DNA from: a bacterium
GTDB taxonomy: Bacteria; Bacteroidota; Ignavibacteria; Palsa-1295
Direction: 5' to 3'
Assembly (NCBI GenBank): GCA_037143335.1
Contig: JBAWZA010000001.1
Location: 109,253-173,252 of the forward strand
Length of the DNA stretch: 64,000 nucleotides
The position numbers and the translations under genes were made by a program. Below the pieces are notes generated by a model. It was not told the DNA's origin, did not search any database, and worked only from the letters and a program-made list of their open reading frames with translations. Below are positions 17,858-28,346 of this stretch, piece after piece; the stretch's first letter is position 1; every line of letters begins with the position of its first letter.

Positions 17858-18979
17858 ATGAATAACGCGACACATGATACTTTTATGCTCCAAGCGCTTG
17901 CGCTTGCAGAGCGGGGGCGGGGCTTCGTAAGCCCGAACCCGCTGGTGGGTTGTGTGGTCGTGAATTCTGGGGGTGAAGTGATTGGTTCGGGGTGGCACCA
18001 GAAATTTGCCGGAGCACATGCGGAAGTGAATGCAATCACTGATGCTGAGAAAAATGGACATGATGTTGCTGGAGCGACCGTGTATGTGAACCTCGAACCA
18101 TGCTCGCATCACGGAAAAACCCCGCCGTGCGCTGATCTGCTGATAGCAAAAAAAATTAGGCGATGCGTTGTCGGGATGGTTGACCCGAATCCCGAGGTTA
18201 GCGGCTCTGGAATCGCGAAGATGCAAGCCGCTGGAATTGAAGTAATTTCGGGAGTTGAGGAAGATAGATCAAGAGAATTGAATAAATTCTTCATCAAGTA
18301 CATTGCGCAAAGCCTTCCATATATTACCCTCAAGATTGCTTCGAGTATTGATGGCAAGGTTGCACTGAAGTCAGGCGTATCACAATGGATAACATCCGAA
18401 GCATCACGCAAGCACGTCCACCAGATGCGAGCTGAATATGATGCAGTGCTGGTGACAAGCGCGACAGTGCTTGCTGATGATCCGCAACTCACCGTTCGAT
18501 TAGTGGAGGGTCGCTCGCCGAAGCGAATAATTTTGGATGCGAACTTGCGAGTGCCTGAGTCCGCGAAAGTATACTCGGATAAATACACAGAGCAGACGTT
18601 GATCGTTACTACCGAGCGAACAATTCAGGAAAAAAAATCGCTAATTCAAACACTCTCATCACGAGGTATTCTGTTTGTATCCGCAAAAGATACACAGAAT
18701 CAATTTGTTTTTCGTGATGTCTTTGAGCGACTTGGGAAAGAACAGATTGCAAGCATTCTTGTTGAGCCTGGTCCAACCCTTGCGACGCTCTTGCTAAGGG
18801 AAAATCTGTTTGATGAGTTGGTGCTTTTTATTGCTCCGATAGTGTTAGGTAGCGATGCCAGATCGGCATTCGGCGATCTGCATGTGAAGCGGCTTCAGGA
18901 TGCGTATCAGGTGAAATTGATCTCATCTGAACCCGTCGAGGGATCGGAAGATATAAAAATTGTTTACCGCCGCCTCTAG
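17858..18979 (+). CDS. ribD: Bifunctional riboflavin biosynthesis deaminase/reductase RibD
   Basis: The CMP/dCMP deaminase zinc motifs HAEVNAI and PCSHHGKTPPC are present. The C-terminus is a RibG reductase domain. Confidence 0.9.
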   Translation: MNNATHDTFMLQALALAERGRGFVSPNPLVGCVVVNSGGEVIGSGWHQKFAGAHAEVNAITDAEKNGHDVAGATVYVNLEPCSHHGKTPPCADLLIAKKIRRCVVGMVDPNPEVSGSGIAKMQAAGIEVISGVEEDRSRELNKFFIKYIAQSLPYITLKIASSIDGKVALKSGVSQWITSEASRKHVHQMRAEYDAVLVTSATVLADDPQLTVRLVEGRSPKRIILDANLRVPESAKVYSDKYTEQTLIVTTERTIQEKKSLIQTLSSRGILFVSAKDTQNQFVFRDVFERLGKEQIASILVEPGPTLATLLLRENLFDELVLFIAPIVLGSDARSAFGDLHVKRLQDAYQVKLISSEPVEGSEDIKIVYRRL

Positions 18980-19010
18980 TTTGGCAAAATCATAATAAAT
19001 AAAAAAAATA

Positions 19011-19910
19011 ATGCTTATTTCCATGACAGGCTTCGGCAGGGGCGAAGCGACAAGCCCATCCGATAAAGGGGGCTTAACAGCTACTGCAGAAGTTCGAAGC
19101 GTCAACTCCCGATTCCTTGAGACTTCTGTTCGTCTGCCTCGCACGATGAGCGAACGCGAATTCGAAGTGCGCGAGCTTGTTCGGAAATCGCTTGAGCGAG
19201 GGAAAATAAATATCAGCGTTAATATTACGCGTGGTGAAGTTGCGGCTTCGGTACCGCTTGAAGTGAATGAACCACTTGCGAAGGGATATTTCGAATTGTT
19301 GGATAGATTGCGAACCGTCACAGGCATGACAGCAGAGATTACGTTGCGTGATTTGACAGGATTCAGCGATATTTTTCTCTCCGATATTTCCAAAGCCGAT
19401 GTTGCGCAAGCGGAGTGGATTGTTGCACAAGAGGCAATTGGCAAATCGCTCGCGGCATTACATGAGATGCGCAGGCAAGAAGGTTCGGAACTTGAAAAAG
19501 ATCTGAGAAAACGAATTGCGAATCTTGATGAAAAAGTAAAAGAAGTCGAGCGTCTCTCTCAAGGCACAGCAGAAGCGGAGTTCGCAAAACTCAAGCTACG
19601 TGTCATCGAACTCACGCAAGATATTAACGTGATCAACAAAGAGAGGCTCGATCTTGAGGTTGCTCTCCTTGCTGAGCGATTAGACATTACCGAAGAGATC
19701 GTTCGTTTCCGCTCGCACATCAAATTTTTCCTCGAAGCGCTTGAATCCCCAGAGCCTGCCGGACGTAAACTTAATTTCCTGATACAAGAAATGAATCGGG
19801 AAATAAATACGATGGGGTCAAAGACCAATGAGGTGCAGGTACAGCACATCGTTGTCGGTGCCAAAGAAGAGATGGAGAAAATTCGTGAACAGATTCAGAA
19901 TGTGGAGTAA
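19011..19910 (+). CDS. yicC: YicC-family protein
   Basis: The N-terminal MTGFGRGE and the C-terminal DUF1732 segment are present. Confidence 0.85.
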   Translation: MLISMTGFGRGEATSPSDKGGLTATAEVRSVNSRFLETSVRLPRTMSEREFEVRELVRKSLERGKINISVNITRGEVAASVPLEVNEPLAKGYFELLDRLRTVTGMTAEITLRDLTGFSDIFLSDISKADVAQAEWIVAQEAIGKSLAALHEMRRQEGSELEKDLRKRIANLDEKVKEVERLSQGTAEAEFAKLKLRVIELTQDINVINKERLDLEVALLAERLDITEEIVRFRSHIKFFLEALESPEPAGRKLNFLIQEMNREINTMGSKTNEVQVQHIVVGAKEEMEKIREQIQNVE

Positions 19911-20841
19911 GATTTCATTCATTATTTGCTGTGTGCTCGTATTCGTTACGGTTGCAACCAGCCACTTATGGGGTTTTACTGGTACGGATTCGACACTTAT
20001 CGATTCGCGTAAAATATCATTTAGCATCGCTAAAGAGTCTTCCTTCAATGATGATTATCAGAAGATAATTCTTGAAATCAAGAAAAAGAAATTTAACAAT
20101 CTACCTCTGGATGAATGTATCGTTGCAATAGGCAAGCTCTTTGTCGGGAAACCCTATATTGATAAATCTCTCGAAACGACATTAGATGAATCCGAAACCG
20201 TTTGCAACCTAAGTGGCTTTGATTGCGTAACTTATTTTGAGTCTTCGTGGGCAATGGCAACTACCGTTAAGAAAATTACTAAGCCCACTTATTCAGATTA
20301 TGGTAGCCAGTTAACGAATCACCGTTACCGCAGTGGCATCCGCAAAGGCTTTCAATCTAGATTACACTATACGTCCGATTATTTTTATGACAATGCTTTG
20401 CGTGGGAATTTAAAGGCGATGACAAAGTCTATCGGTGAAAAATATGCGAAGCTCGAAACGAAGCCGATTAATTTTATGACCACTCATCCAAATCTCTATA
20501 AGCAACTCAAAGATGATCCGGCAATGGTTGCGAAGATGGATTCGATCGAAAAAATGATGAAGGAGCGCGGAGGATTTTATTTTATTCCCAAGGAGCATGT
20601 TGCAGAGATTGAGAAGGGAATTCATGGCGGCGATTTAATCGGCATCACAACGAGCATCGCGGGCATTGATTGTTCGCACACAGGCATTGCGGTTAAAGGC
20701 GATGACGGAAGAATTCATTTCATGCATGCAAGCTCTGCGATGCATAAAGTGATTATCAGCCCAACACCGCTTGCGGATTACCTTGCAGGCAATGCCAAGC
20801 AGACGGGGATAATAGTATATAGACCGTTAGAAACAAAATAA
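19900..20841 (+). CDS. DUF1460-like secreted protein (permuted papain-like fold)
   Basis: The signal peptide starts at the internal Met (MWSKISFIICCVL). NLSGFDCVTYFE is a Cys-containing motif. Confidence 0.55.
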   Translation: MWSKISFIICCVLVFVTVATSHLWGFTGTDSTLIDSRKISFSIAKESSFNDDYQKIILEIKKKKFNNLPLDECIVAIGKLFVGKPYIDKSLETTLDESETVCNLSGFDCVTYFESSWAMATTVKKITKPTYSDYGSQLTNHRYRSGIRKGFQSRLHYTSDYFYDNALRGNLKAMTKSIGEKYAKLETKPINFMTTHPNLYKQLKDDPAMVAKMDSIEKMMKERGGFYFIPKEHVAEIEKGIHGGDLIGITTSIAGIDCSHTGIAVKGDDGRIHFMHASSAMHKVIISPTPLADYLAGNAKQTGIIVYRPLETK

Positions 20842-20889
20842 ATTAATAGCTTTTGGATTGACGACAAAAGACGAATCACGATAAAAGAA

Positions 20890-21228
20890 ATGGTAACAAA
20901 AGAAAACGTTGAGCATATTGCAAAACTTGCGAAGTTAGATTTCTCAGGCGAAGAGTACGAGAAGTTAACTGCGGACATGAATAATGTACTCGGCTATATC
21001 GATCAGCTCAAGGAGCTTGATGTATCGAACGTAGCTCCTCTTGAAAATTTGAATGAAGCAACAGAACAGAATGTCTTCCGCTCCGATATTGCTGGGCAGT
21101 CGCTAACCACTGAGCAAGCATTAAGCAATGCTCCAAAATCTGGGGATGGATATTTCCTTGTCCCAAAAGTAATTGAGAGGGTAAAGAAAGATGTGGTCGC
21201 TGATGATGTGGATGAAGAGGAGTTGTAA
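20890..21228 (+). CDS. gatC: Glu/Asp-tRNA amidotransferase subunit C
   Basis: Size and sequence (VEHIAKLAKLDFSGEE...LGYIDQLKELD) are typical of GatC. Confidence 0.8.
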   Translation: MVTKENVEHIAKLAKLDFSGEEYEKLTADMNNVLGYIDQLKELDVSNVAPLENLNEATEQNVFRSDIAGQSLTTEQALSNAPKSGDGYFLVPKVIERVKKDVVADDVDEEEL

Positions 21229-21252
21229 GGGGGGCTAAATTATTTCCCCCTA
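21223..21252. terminator. Possible bidirectional stem-loop between convergent gatC and meaB
   Basis: AGGGGGG...CCCCCT forms a hairpin with flanking T/A runs. Confidence 0.35.
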
Positions 21253-22193
21253 AATTCTTTTACTAATGATTGAGCCACAGCATAACTTGACTCTTTATGA
21301 GCTGCAACATCTTCCAAAAGTACTTCCAATTTATTTTTCCTCTCAGTAGTCCAGAAATCTACTCTTAGGAGACTCTCTACTAATTCGATCACACGTTCGC
21401 GCTCACGGTTGATCCGCTTTGCATCTAATGACTTCGTCTGCACAAGCTGCGCTTTGTGCCTTTCAATTTCAGCAAGCACTGCATCTACGCCGATACCTTT
21501 ACTTGCAACGGTCGAGATCACGTCTGGTATCCACTCATCCTCGGCATGAGTGATTCGGAAGGTGAGAATAGTTTTCAGTGCACGAATGGCTTGCTCGGCA
21601 CCTTCGCGATCACTTTTATTTAAGACAAAAAAATCGGCGATCTCCATCAGTCCCGATTTCATCGCCTGAACGGCATCACCTGACTCTGGTACGAGCACAA
21701 CGATTGTTGTATCCGCTGCTTTTGCGATGTCAAGTTCCGATTGACCAACCCCTACAGTCTCGAAGATCACAATATCAAAGCCTGCGGCATCAAGTACATC
21801 AGCTGCATCTTTTGCTTTTGCTGAGAGTCCGCCGAGCGAGCCACGCGTAGCCATTGAGCGCACGAAGACTCCGCTATCCATCGAGACATCTTGCATCCGG
21901 ATTCTATCACCCAGTAATGCACCACCAGTGAATGGACTTGTCGGATCAATCGCGATAATTCCCACCGTCTTCCCGAGCTTACGATAGGCTTTTGTCATCT
22001 CGGATGTGAGTGTGGATTTTCCTGCACCAGGAGGACCAGTAATACCGATGCGATACGCATTCCCAAGTTTTGGAGCAAGCGAGTGCAAAAGCTCCGCGGC
22101 TTGTGGTGAATCATTCTCGACAATGCTAATCGCCTGCGCGATAGCACGACGGTTGGTGAGGGAAAGAGTATTTATTACGGATTGAGTCTCCAA
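21240..22193 (-). CDS. meaB: Methylmalonyl-CoA mutase-associated GTPase MeaB/ArgK
   Basis: The Walker A motif GITGPPGAGKSTL and the NKSD GTPase motif are present. Confidence 0.85.
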   Translation of the reverse strand: METQSVINTLSLTNRRAIAQAISIVENDSPQAAELLHSLAPKLGNAYRIGITGPPGAGKSTLTSEMTKAYRKLGKTVGIIAIDPTSPFTGGALLGDRIRMQDVSMDSGVFVRSMATRGSLGGLSAKAKDAADVLDAAGFDIVIFETVGVGQSELDIAKAADTTIVVLVPESGDAVQAMKSGLMEIADFFVLNKSDREGAEQAIRALKTILTFRITHAEDEWIPDVISTVASKGIGVDAVLAEIERHKAQLVQTKSLDAKRINRERERVIELVESLLRVDFWTTERKNKLEVLLEDVAAHKESSYAVAQSLVKEFRGK

Positions 22194-22306
22194 TGAAAAA
22201 CCTAATTCATTCGTGTAAGAAAATTACTGGCTCAGCAGTTGTTGGTATCGAACAAGTTACTTTGTAAGGATGTTCTTTTCTTACTTAGAATTTTGATAAA
22301 TCTCAG

Positions 22307-22840
22307 ATGAAAGACCTAGCATACTTTAGAGAGAAAAAGTACTACCGGAAAATTTCGGGACTTGTTGCATTTGGTGTTTTCGTCATTGCCTTTTTCGTCT
22401 ATGATGTAACGCTGAGCGAGAAACTAAAATATTTCCAGTACATTTTTTGGTTGCTTTATCTTTTCATCTCAATCTATAGTAGAGTCCGAAATCCAATACT
22501 CACCGTGCTGCCCGATGGACTTATCTGGGCTTTCCAGAGAGGAACTTGGTGGAAAAGTAGGGAGATATACGTAACGTTTGCGGATTTCAAGAAAATTTGG
22601 ATAGAGAATACGCGAAACCGATTTCCTTGGATACCAAGATACAAACGAACGATAAACATCATAGATAATTGCGATAAGACTGGTACAATTATTTCTGTAA
22701 CGAGTTTCAGAAAAAAAGATCGCGCTGAAATAGAAGAATTAATTTTAAGAATTCAAGAAAGAATTGACGAACTCATCAAGACCGGTAAAGCAGAACCTCT
22801 CTATCAAGTTTCTGTTTTGGAATTAATCAGGGAGAAATGA
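22307..22840 (+). CDS. Hypothetical membrane protein (2 TM plus cytoplasmic domain)
   Basis: It lies in an AT-rich local context. I do not recognise a family. Confidence 0.4.
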   Translation: MKDLAYFREKKYYRKISGLVAFGVFVIAFFVYDVTLSEKLKYFQYIFWLLYLFISIYSRVRNPILTVLPDGLIWAFQRGTWWKSREIYVTFADFKKIWIENTRNRFPWIPRYKRTINIIDNCDKTGTIISVTSFRKKDRAEIEELILRIQERIDELIKTGKAEPLYQVSVLELIREK

Positions 22841-22844
22841 GCTG

Positions 22845-23636
22845 TCAGGCTGACTCCATCTCATCATACATTTTCCGGAATTTTTGCAAGTCTTCCCATG
22901 CTCCGACCTTCCAACCTGGATTGCGTAGGAGTGCGGCGGGGTGATAGGTGACCATGACCTTTGCTCCCATGAAATCATACGCCTTGCCACGCATCTTACC
23001 CAAGACATCTTCATTCAAATTCAATAAATTATTTCCTGCGACTCGTCCGACACAGAGAATCATTTTTGGTTTGAGTATCTCAATCTGTTTCAGGAGATAT
23101 GGCATACATGCTGCAACCTCTGCGGGTAGCGGATCGCGATTGCCTGGGGGGCGGGACTTAATGATGTTTGCGATAAATACTTCCTCTCGCGGAAACTTGA
23201 TCGCCTCTAACATTTTATTGAGCAACTGTCCGGCTCTGCCAACGAATGGCTCGCCCTTTTCATCTTCATCTGCGCCGGGACCTTCACCAACGACCATCAC
23301 TTTTGCATTCGGATTGCCAACGCCGAATACAAAATTTTTCCGCGTCTCGTGCAGAGCACATTTCGTACAACCAGAGATCATCATCTTTAATGTCGGAAGA
23401 TCGGAAGCCTTCATCCAATCTTCGTTTGTCATTCCGACAGGAATCGTCGGTAGTTTTGGTGAGACGGTCTTTTTCATAATTGGTTCTGGTGCAGCTGTAA
23501 CAGCGATTGTAGGTTTTGTCTTTGTCCCTACAGCTGAAGCGGTATCAACGTAGAGCTTATCTTCACCTTCGGCAAGCCGCGAGTGCGCCCATATTTCGAT
23601 GTCTGAAATTATATCTGTTAGCGTACGATCAGACAT
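22845..23636 (-). CDS. Uracil-DNA glycosylase, family 4, with N-terminal extension
   Basis: GCTKCALHETRKNFVFGVGNPNAKVMVVGEGPGADED...PFVGRAGQLL matches the family-4 UDG signature. Confidence 0.8.
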   Translation of the reverse strand: MSDRTLTDIISDIEIWAHSRLAEGEDKLYVDTASAVGTKTKPTIAVTAAPEPIMKKTVSPKLPTIPVGMTNEDWMKASDLPTLKMMISGCTKCALHETRKNFVFGVGNPNAKVMVVGEGPGADEDEKGEPFVGRAGQLLNKMLEAIKFPREEVFIANIIKSRPPGNRDPLPAEVAACMPYLLKQIEILKPKMILCVGRVAGNNLLNLNEDVLGKMRGKAYDFMGAKVMVTYHPAALLRNPGWKVGAWEDLQKFRKMYDEMESA

Positions 23637-24868
23637 TATTCCATTTCAGCTATTTGTGAGAGAATAATGCGCGCGCATTCTGTCTTTGATACAAGTGGAA
23701 TATCTTTTCGAAAGCCGGACTTAGCGTACATCGTAATCCGATTCGTATCCGTTGAAAATCCTGAACCTGATTCATCGTAGCGATTCAAGACAATCATATC
23801 AAGCGATTTTCCTTCGAGCTTGCCTAAGGCGTACTCTTCCGCACCTTTGCCACCTTCGAGTGCGAAGCCAATAATTTGTTGATTTTTCTTTTTGCGCTTT
23901 GTAATTTCTTTCAAGATATCACGTGTAGGCTCAAGCTCAATAGCAAGTTGTTTCTTGCCAGTTTTTTTCATTTTAATTTTTGATGGATCAGCAGGACGAA
24001 AATCACTAACCGCTGCATTCATGATGACAATGTCATGTCCGCCAAGTTGAGAGAGCACTTCTTCGTACATTTCGTGGGCAGTTTCCACATTGATACGATG
24101 AATGCTTTGTGGACTTTCAACGGATGAAGGTCCCATGATAAGAGTTACATCAGCGCCGAATACTTGGGAGGCTTCGCGCGCCAATGCCACAGCCATTTTT
24201 CCGCTTGATCTATTTCCGATAAATCTGACAGGATCAATTGGCTCGAACGTTGGTCCACCGGTGATAAGAATATGTTTCCCTTCAAGAGCGAGTGGAGTTG
24301 GCGGTTGATGTTCTACGCGAGGTGAGTGAACCAACTCGTCAAATTTCCTCACGATTTCATGAGCCTCGGGCATTCTTCCCATGCCAATGATTCCGCTCGC
24401 AAGTGCGCCAGTTGTAGGTTCGATAAATTCTACACCCTGAGATTTGAGCCACGCAATATTACTCTGCACCGCAGGTTGCAACCACATTTCCTCATCCATT
24501 GCAGGTGCTATCACAAGCCGAGCATCTGGCCTTAGCGATGAGGCAAGAAGCAAAACGGGATTATCATAAATGCCATGGCGCAACTTTCCAATCGTCGTAG
24601 CTGAACAAGGCGCAATTAGCATTGCAGAAGCTGATCGTGCAAGATGTACATGCCACGTGCCTGTCTCTGATTTCGGAAAAATATCGGAAACAGCTTCAAT
24701 GCCTGTGAGGATGGAAAGACTGTACGGTGTAGTAAATTTTTTAGCAGACTCTGTCAAAGTGCAATGAACTTCAGCACCTGCACGGACAAGTTCGCGCGCA
24801 ATGATAGGCGCTTTAATCGCCGCGATGGAGCCTGTGATTCCGTATATTATTTTTTTTCCGCGAAGCAT
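23636..24868 (-). CDS. coaBC: Bifunctional phosphopantothenoylcysteine decarboxylase/synthetase
   Basis: The N-terminal flavoprotein segment (IYGITGSIAAIKAP) and the C-terminal DFP domain are present. Confidence 0.9.
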   Translation of the reverse strand: MLRGKKIIYGITGSIAAIKAPIIARELVRAGAEVHCTLTESAKKFTTPYSLSILTGIEAVSDIFPKSETGTWHVHLARSASAMLIAPCSATTIGKLRHGIYDNPVLLLASSLRPDARLVIAPAMDEEMWLQPAVQSNIAWLKSQGVEFIEPTTGALASGIIGMGRMPEAHEIVRKFDELVHSPRVEHQPPTPLALEGKHILITGGPTFEPIDPVRFIGNRSSGKMAVALAREASQVFGADVTLIMGPSSVESPQSIHRINVETAHEMYEEVLSQLGGHDIVIMNAAVSDFRPADPSKIKMKKTGKKQLAIELEPTRDILKEITKRKKKNQQIIGFALEGGKGAEEYALGKLEGKSLDMIVLNRYDESGSGFSTDTNRITMYAKSGFRKDIPLVSKTECARIILSQIAEME

Positions 24869-24871
24869 CGT

Positions 24872-25999
24872 TTATGCAAAGATGGTATTCATCGTCGTGC
24901 GCAATTCTTCTTCCGTATTGTAGTAATTCGGAGAGATTCTCAACTTCCCGGCGCGCAATGCGATAATGATATTCTTACTCTTCAACCGCTTTAACACTTC
25001 CTCTGGGTTTTCCATCTCAAAGCTGACAATACCAGAACGTTCATGCTCGGCTTCGGGTGTCAATGGTTGGATGCCATGCGTCTTGAGTCTTGCGATCAAG
25101 TAGGCACTATGATCTAATATTCTGCGGTTCATCTCTGCATAACCAAACTCCTTATGAAATTTCAAGACAGCATGAAGTCCAGCGATTCCAGGATAATTCA
25201 GCGTACCATTTTCATAACGTGAGGCATCATCGTGCAACCTCTTGATGTCAAAATCGAAGAGATTGTTGAACCTGTCTTTCACGCTCGCTGCGCCCATTGA
25301 ATTTTGATGAATGAGGTCTTGTGCCTTCTTGCTCACGTACGCAAACGCAACACCCTCAGCACTGTGCAGCCATTTATGCGCACCTGCTGCAAGAAAATCT
25401 ATGTGGCATTTCTCAACATCAATCGGAGAATGCGGAAGACTCTGAATTGCATCTATTGCGAAAAGGATGTTTTTCTCTTTGCAGAAATTTCCTATCGCTT
25501 CGAGATCGGGTTTGTACCCAGTAAGAGATGTTACCGTGCTAAGACTGATGAGTCGAGTCTGCGGAGTGACGTGCTCTTTTATCACATCCAAAGTAATTCG
25601 CCAATCCGCTGGATTCATAAAATCCACAACTGCTCCGTGCCTTTCCTGAATCATATAAGGATAGACATTCGCTGGATATTCATAGCGATAGACGAGGATT
25701 CTATCTCTTTCATTCCAATCGAGACCTGAAGCAAGCAGACTCACCGCATCAGCAGTGTTAAGCAAGAATGCAATCCGCTCCGGAGCGGTGTGCAGAATTT
25801 CGGCAATGAGTGTCTTCGCTTCAAATGCCATCCGATTCGCCCATGGAATCCACTCAATACCTTTGAGTGAGCGGCGTTCAAGATGTTTATCTATTGCATC
25901 CCGTACAACAAATGGAAGAGGTCCGACTGCCGCATGATTAAGATAAATCATGTCCGTCCAGGTATGAGGGAATTGCTTACGTGCTTCTTCGACGGTCAT
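24872..25999 (-). CDS. Class V aminotransferase / cysteine desulfurase-like PLP enzyme
   Basis: The AGAHKWL lysine motif is present. Confidence 0.75.
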   Translation of the reverse strand: MTVEEARKQFPHTWTDMIYLNHAAVGPLPFVVRDAIDKHLERRSLKGIEWIPWANRMAFEAKTLIAEILHTAPERIAFLLNTADAVSLLASGLDWNERDRILVYRYEYPANVYPYMIQERHGAVVDFMNPADWRITLDVIKEHVTPQTRLISLSTVTSLTGYKPDLEAIGNFCKEKNILFAIDAIQSLPHSPIDVEKCHIDFLAAGAHKWLHSAEGVAFAYVSKKAQDLIHQNSMGAASVKDRFNNLFDFDIKRLHDDASRYENGTLNYPGIAGLHAVLKFHKEFGYAEMNRRILDHSAYLIARLKTHGIQPLTPEAEHERSGIVSFEMENPEEVLKRLKSKNIIIALRAGKLRISPNYYNTEEELRTTMNTIFA

Positions 26000-26730
26000 T
26001 TCTTTTTTCTCAAAATTTCTTCTACTTTTCTTACGTCAGCAGGTGTGTTTACCTCGATCGAGGCATTCTCAACTTGTACTGCCCTGATGTTATATCCATG
26101 ATAAAGCCACTTTAATTGTTCAAGCTTTTCGATTTCTTCGAGTTCGGTTGAGGGCAGATGTCGTATTTCTTCTAAGATCTTTCTTCTGAATCCGTAAAGC
26201 CCGATGTGGCGCCAATACTGCATTCGTGATTGATTATCGCGGTCGAACGGGATTGTCGAGCGAGAGAAGTACATAACGTTATCCGATTTGTCCGTTACTA
26301 CTTTGACAATATTAGGATTCGTTACATCTTCTAAATTCAGAATCGGAGCCACCGGTGTTGCTATTTGTACTTGAGCATCCTCGAAGCTCGCTCTCATTTT
26401 TTCGATCACCTCTTGCTCGATGAGTGGTTCGTCACCCTGTACGTTCATGATAATATCAATATCATCAGCGAGGTGGCGAGCGGCATAGGCAACACGATCT
26501 GTTCCATTCGGGCAGTCTTCTGGTGTCATGATTGCTCCTGCACCAAAACTGTTCACGTGCTTGGCAATCTCGTCGCTATCGGTTGCGACAACGACCATAT
26601 CTATCCCACGAGCGAGTTTGCACTGCCGATAAACCCGCTCGATGAGGGTCATTCCGGCTATCATCTGGAGCGGTTTTCGGGGCAATCGGGTTGATCCGAG
26701 GCGCGAGGGGATAATAATTGCTGATTTCAT
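25996..26730 (-). CDS. kdsB: 3-deoxy-manno-octulosonate cytidylyltransferase
   Basis: IIPSRLGSTRLPRKPL...VQGDEPL matches KdsB. Confidence 0.9.
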   Translation of the reverse strand: MKSAIIIPSRLGSTRLPRKPLQMIAGMTLIERVYRQCKLARGIDMVVVATDSDEIAKHVNSFGAGAIMTPEDCPNGTDRVAYAARHLADDIDIIMNVQGDEPLIEQEVIEKMRASFEDAQVQIATPVAPILNLEDVTNPNIVKVVTDKSDNVMYFSRSTIPFDRDNQSRMQYWRHIGLYGFRRKILEEIRHLPSTELEEIEKLEQLKWLYHGYNIRAVQVENASIEVNTPADVRKVEEILRKKK

Positions 26731-26835
26731 TTGTACAAATATGCACTATACTTTTGGTTCGGCTCAAGGTTTCGGTAATTTCGGCTCGGCGTAAGTGAAA
26801 ACAAATCCTCAAAAATAGCGTATTTTTGTAGGAAC

Positions 26836-27423
26836 GTGATGAAGCAAACAGATCAGGAATTACTTCAGGCTATATCGGGTGGTGCATCTACTGCGCTCTC
26901 CGAATTCTATGATAGGCACTCAAAGCTTATCTATGGCGTGGTGCTGCGACTTTTAGGCGACTCGGACGATGCCGAAGATATCGTCCAGGAAGTATTTGTG
27001 CAAGTCTGGCGCAAGGCATCTACCTATAAACCCGAGCTTGGCTCTCCGAAGAATTGGGCACTCAGAATCGCGCATAACCGAGCACTCAATTTAATTCGTG
27101 CGCACAAAAGCCGAGGCAGGAAATTACAGGTCTCTATTTCGGACGAAGAGAGCAGGGTACTTTCATCTCCAGAGTTGATGGAGGATAATCTTTTGTCGCA
27201 GACGATGAGCGCGGAACGGATGGAGATTATTTCCTCGGCAATGCAGGACTTGCCAAAAGACCAGGTGATGCTCATTGACATGGCGTTCTTTCAAGGATAT
27301 TCACATTCCGAAATTGCAGACGCATTGGGGATTCCGTTAGGGACAATTAAGACGAAGATTCGCAACGGATTACTTTCGTTAAGAAATTCATTGAGTTTTA
27401 TGAAAGGCGAGCTTGCGGAGTAG
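26836..27423 (+). CDS. ECF-type RNA polymerase sigma-70 factor
   Basis: Region 2 (DAEDIVQEVFVQVWRK) and region 4 HTH are present. Confidence 0.85.
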   Translation: MMKQTDQELLQAISGGASTALSEFYDRHSKLIYGVVLRLLGDSDDAEDIVQEVFVQVWRKASTYKPELGSPKNWALRIAHNRALNLIRAHKSRGRKLQVSISDEESRVLSSPELMEDNLLSQTMSAERMEIISSAMQDLPKDQVMLIDMAFFQGYSHSEIADALGIPLGTIKTKIRNGLLSLRNSLSFMKGELAE

Positions 27424-27462
27424 ATCATTCACATCCAATACTACGAATGACGTGTATTCGAC

Positions 27463-28080
27463 TTGAGGCTAAGGGTATTTGAACGAAACATGAAACCAGA
27501 AAACGAACATATCGGCGATGAGAACCAACAGGTACAGCAGTATCTGATGGGACTAATGACCCCTGATGAAGAGGTTGCATTCGAGCACGCTGTCGCCAAA
27601 GACCCCCAGCTTGCAACAGAGTTGAAGGAATCGTCAACGCTGATGGAATCGCTCTACGAAAAACTTTCGAAGGGAATGCCCGCGCCAAGAAAAGGCCTCA
27701 AGAATACGATCATGTCGAAGATCACCGGAGAATTCAAGGACAGAGCAGATGCTGATTCCTACTTACTCAGAGCATCAGAAGTAGAATGGGCGAAGACGAA
27801 TATCCCCGGAATAGATTTTAAGATCCTCTACAAAGATGAAAACGAGCGCACGATGTTTATTGCACGTCTGGCTCCTGGTGCTTCACTCCCATCGCACCGC
27901 AGACTGAGCACCGAAGAGTGCTTGGTCTTATCAGGCGATTTCTGGGCTGATGGCGAAAAACTTGTAGCTGGTGATTTCATCGCCGGTCGCGAAGGCAACG
28001 AGCCTGAAGCTGTCTATACCGAAGGCGGCTGCGAACTCCTCCTGAAGATGCGAATTCCTGAAGAGATTACTATGAATTAA
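27463..28080 (+). CDS. Anti-sigma factor with C-terminal ChrR-like cupin domain
   Basis: It lies immediately downstream of the ECF sigma gene. The C-terminus is cupin-like (ARLAPGASLPSHRRLSTEECLVLSGDF). Confidence 0.6.
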   Translation: MRLRVFERNMKPENEHIGDENQQVQQYLMGLMTPDEEVAFEHAVAKDPQLATELKESSTLMESLYEKLSKGMPAPRKGLKNTIMSKITGEFKDRADADSYLLRASEVEWAKTNIPGIDFKILYKDENERTMFIARLAPGASLPSHRRLSTEECLVLSGDFWADGEKLVAGDFIAGREGNEPEAVYTEGGCELLLKMRIPEEITMN

Positions 28081-28346
28081 TCTATTGCATTTGTATCCGC
28101 AGGCGCATCCTCCACGGCTGATGCATGTACGTTCCGCTTAATCAGTACTTTGGTTTTTACCGACTCTGGATTCCTGCCTTCACGGGAATGACTGTTTACT
28201 TTTAACTCCCCAATCGCGGTCGGCTTTAGCATATTAATCCTCGATTATTAAATTTCCAACATCCACTCTTTCACCTCGCGTGTAATAGCCTCGTTCATTC
28301 GGACAATTTTTTTCTACCGGATGATTTCACTTTTTACATACATACT

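Noticed and set aside
17798-18588. Minus-strand ORFs of 142 and 159 aa within ribD.
   Set aside because: They are antisense to ribD, which has diagnostic deaminase zinc motifs.
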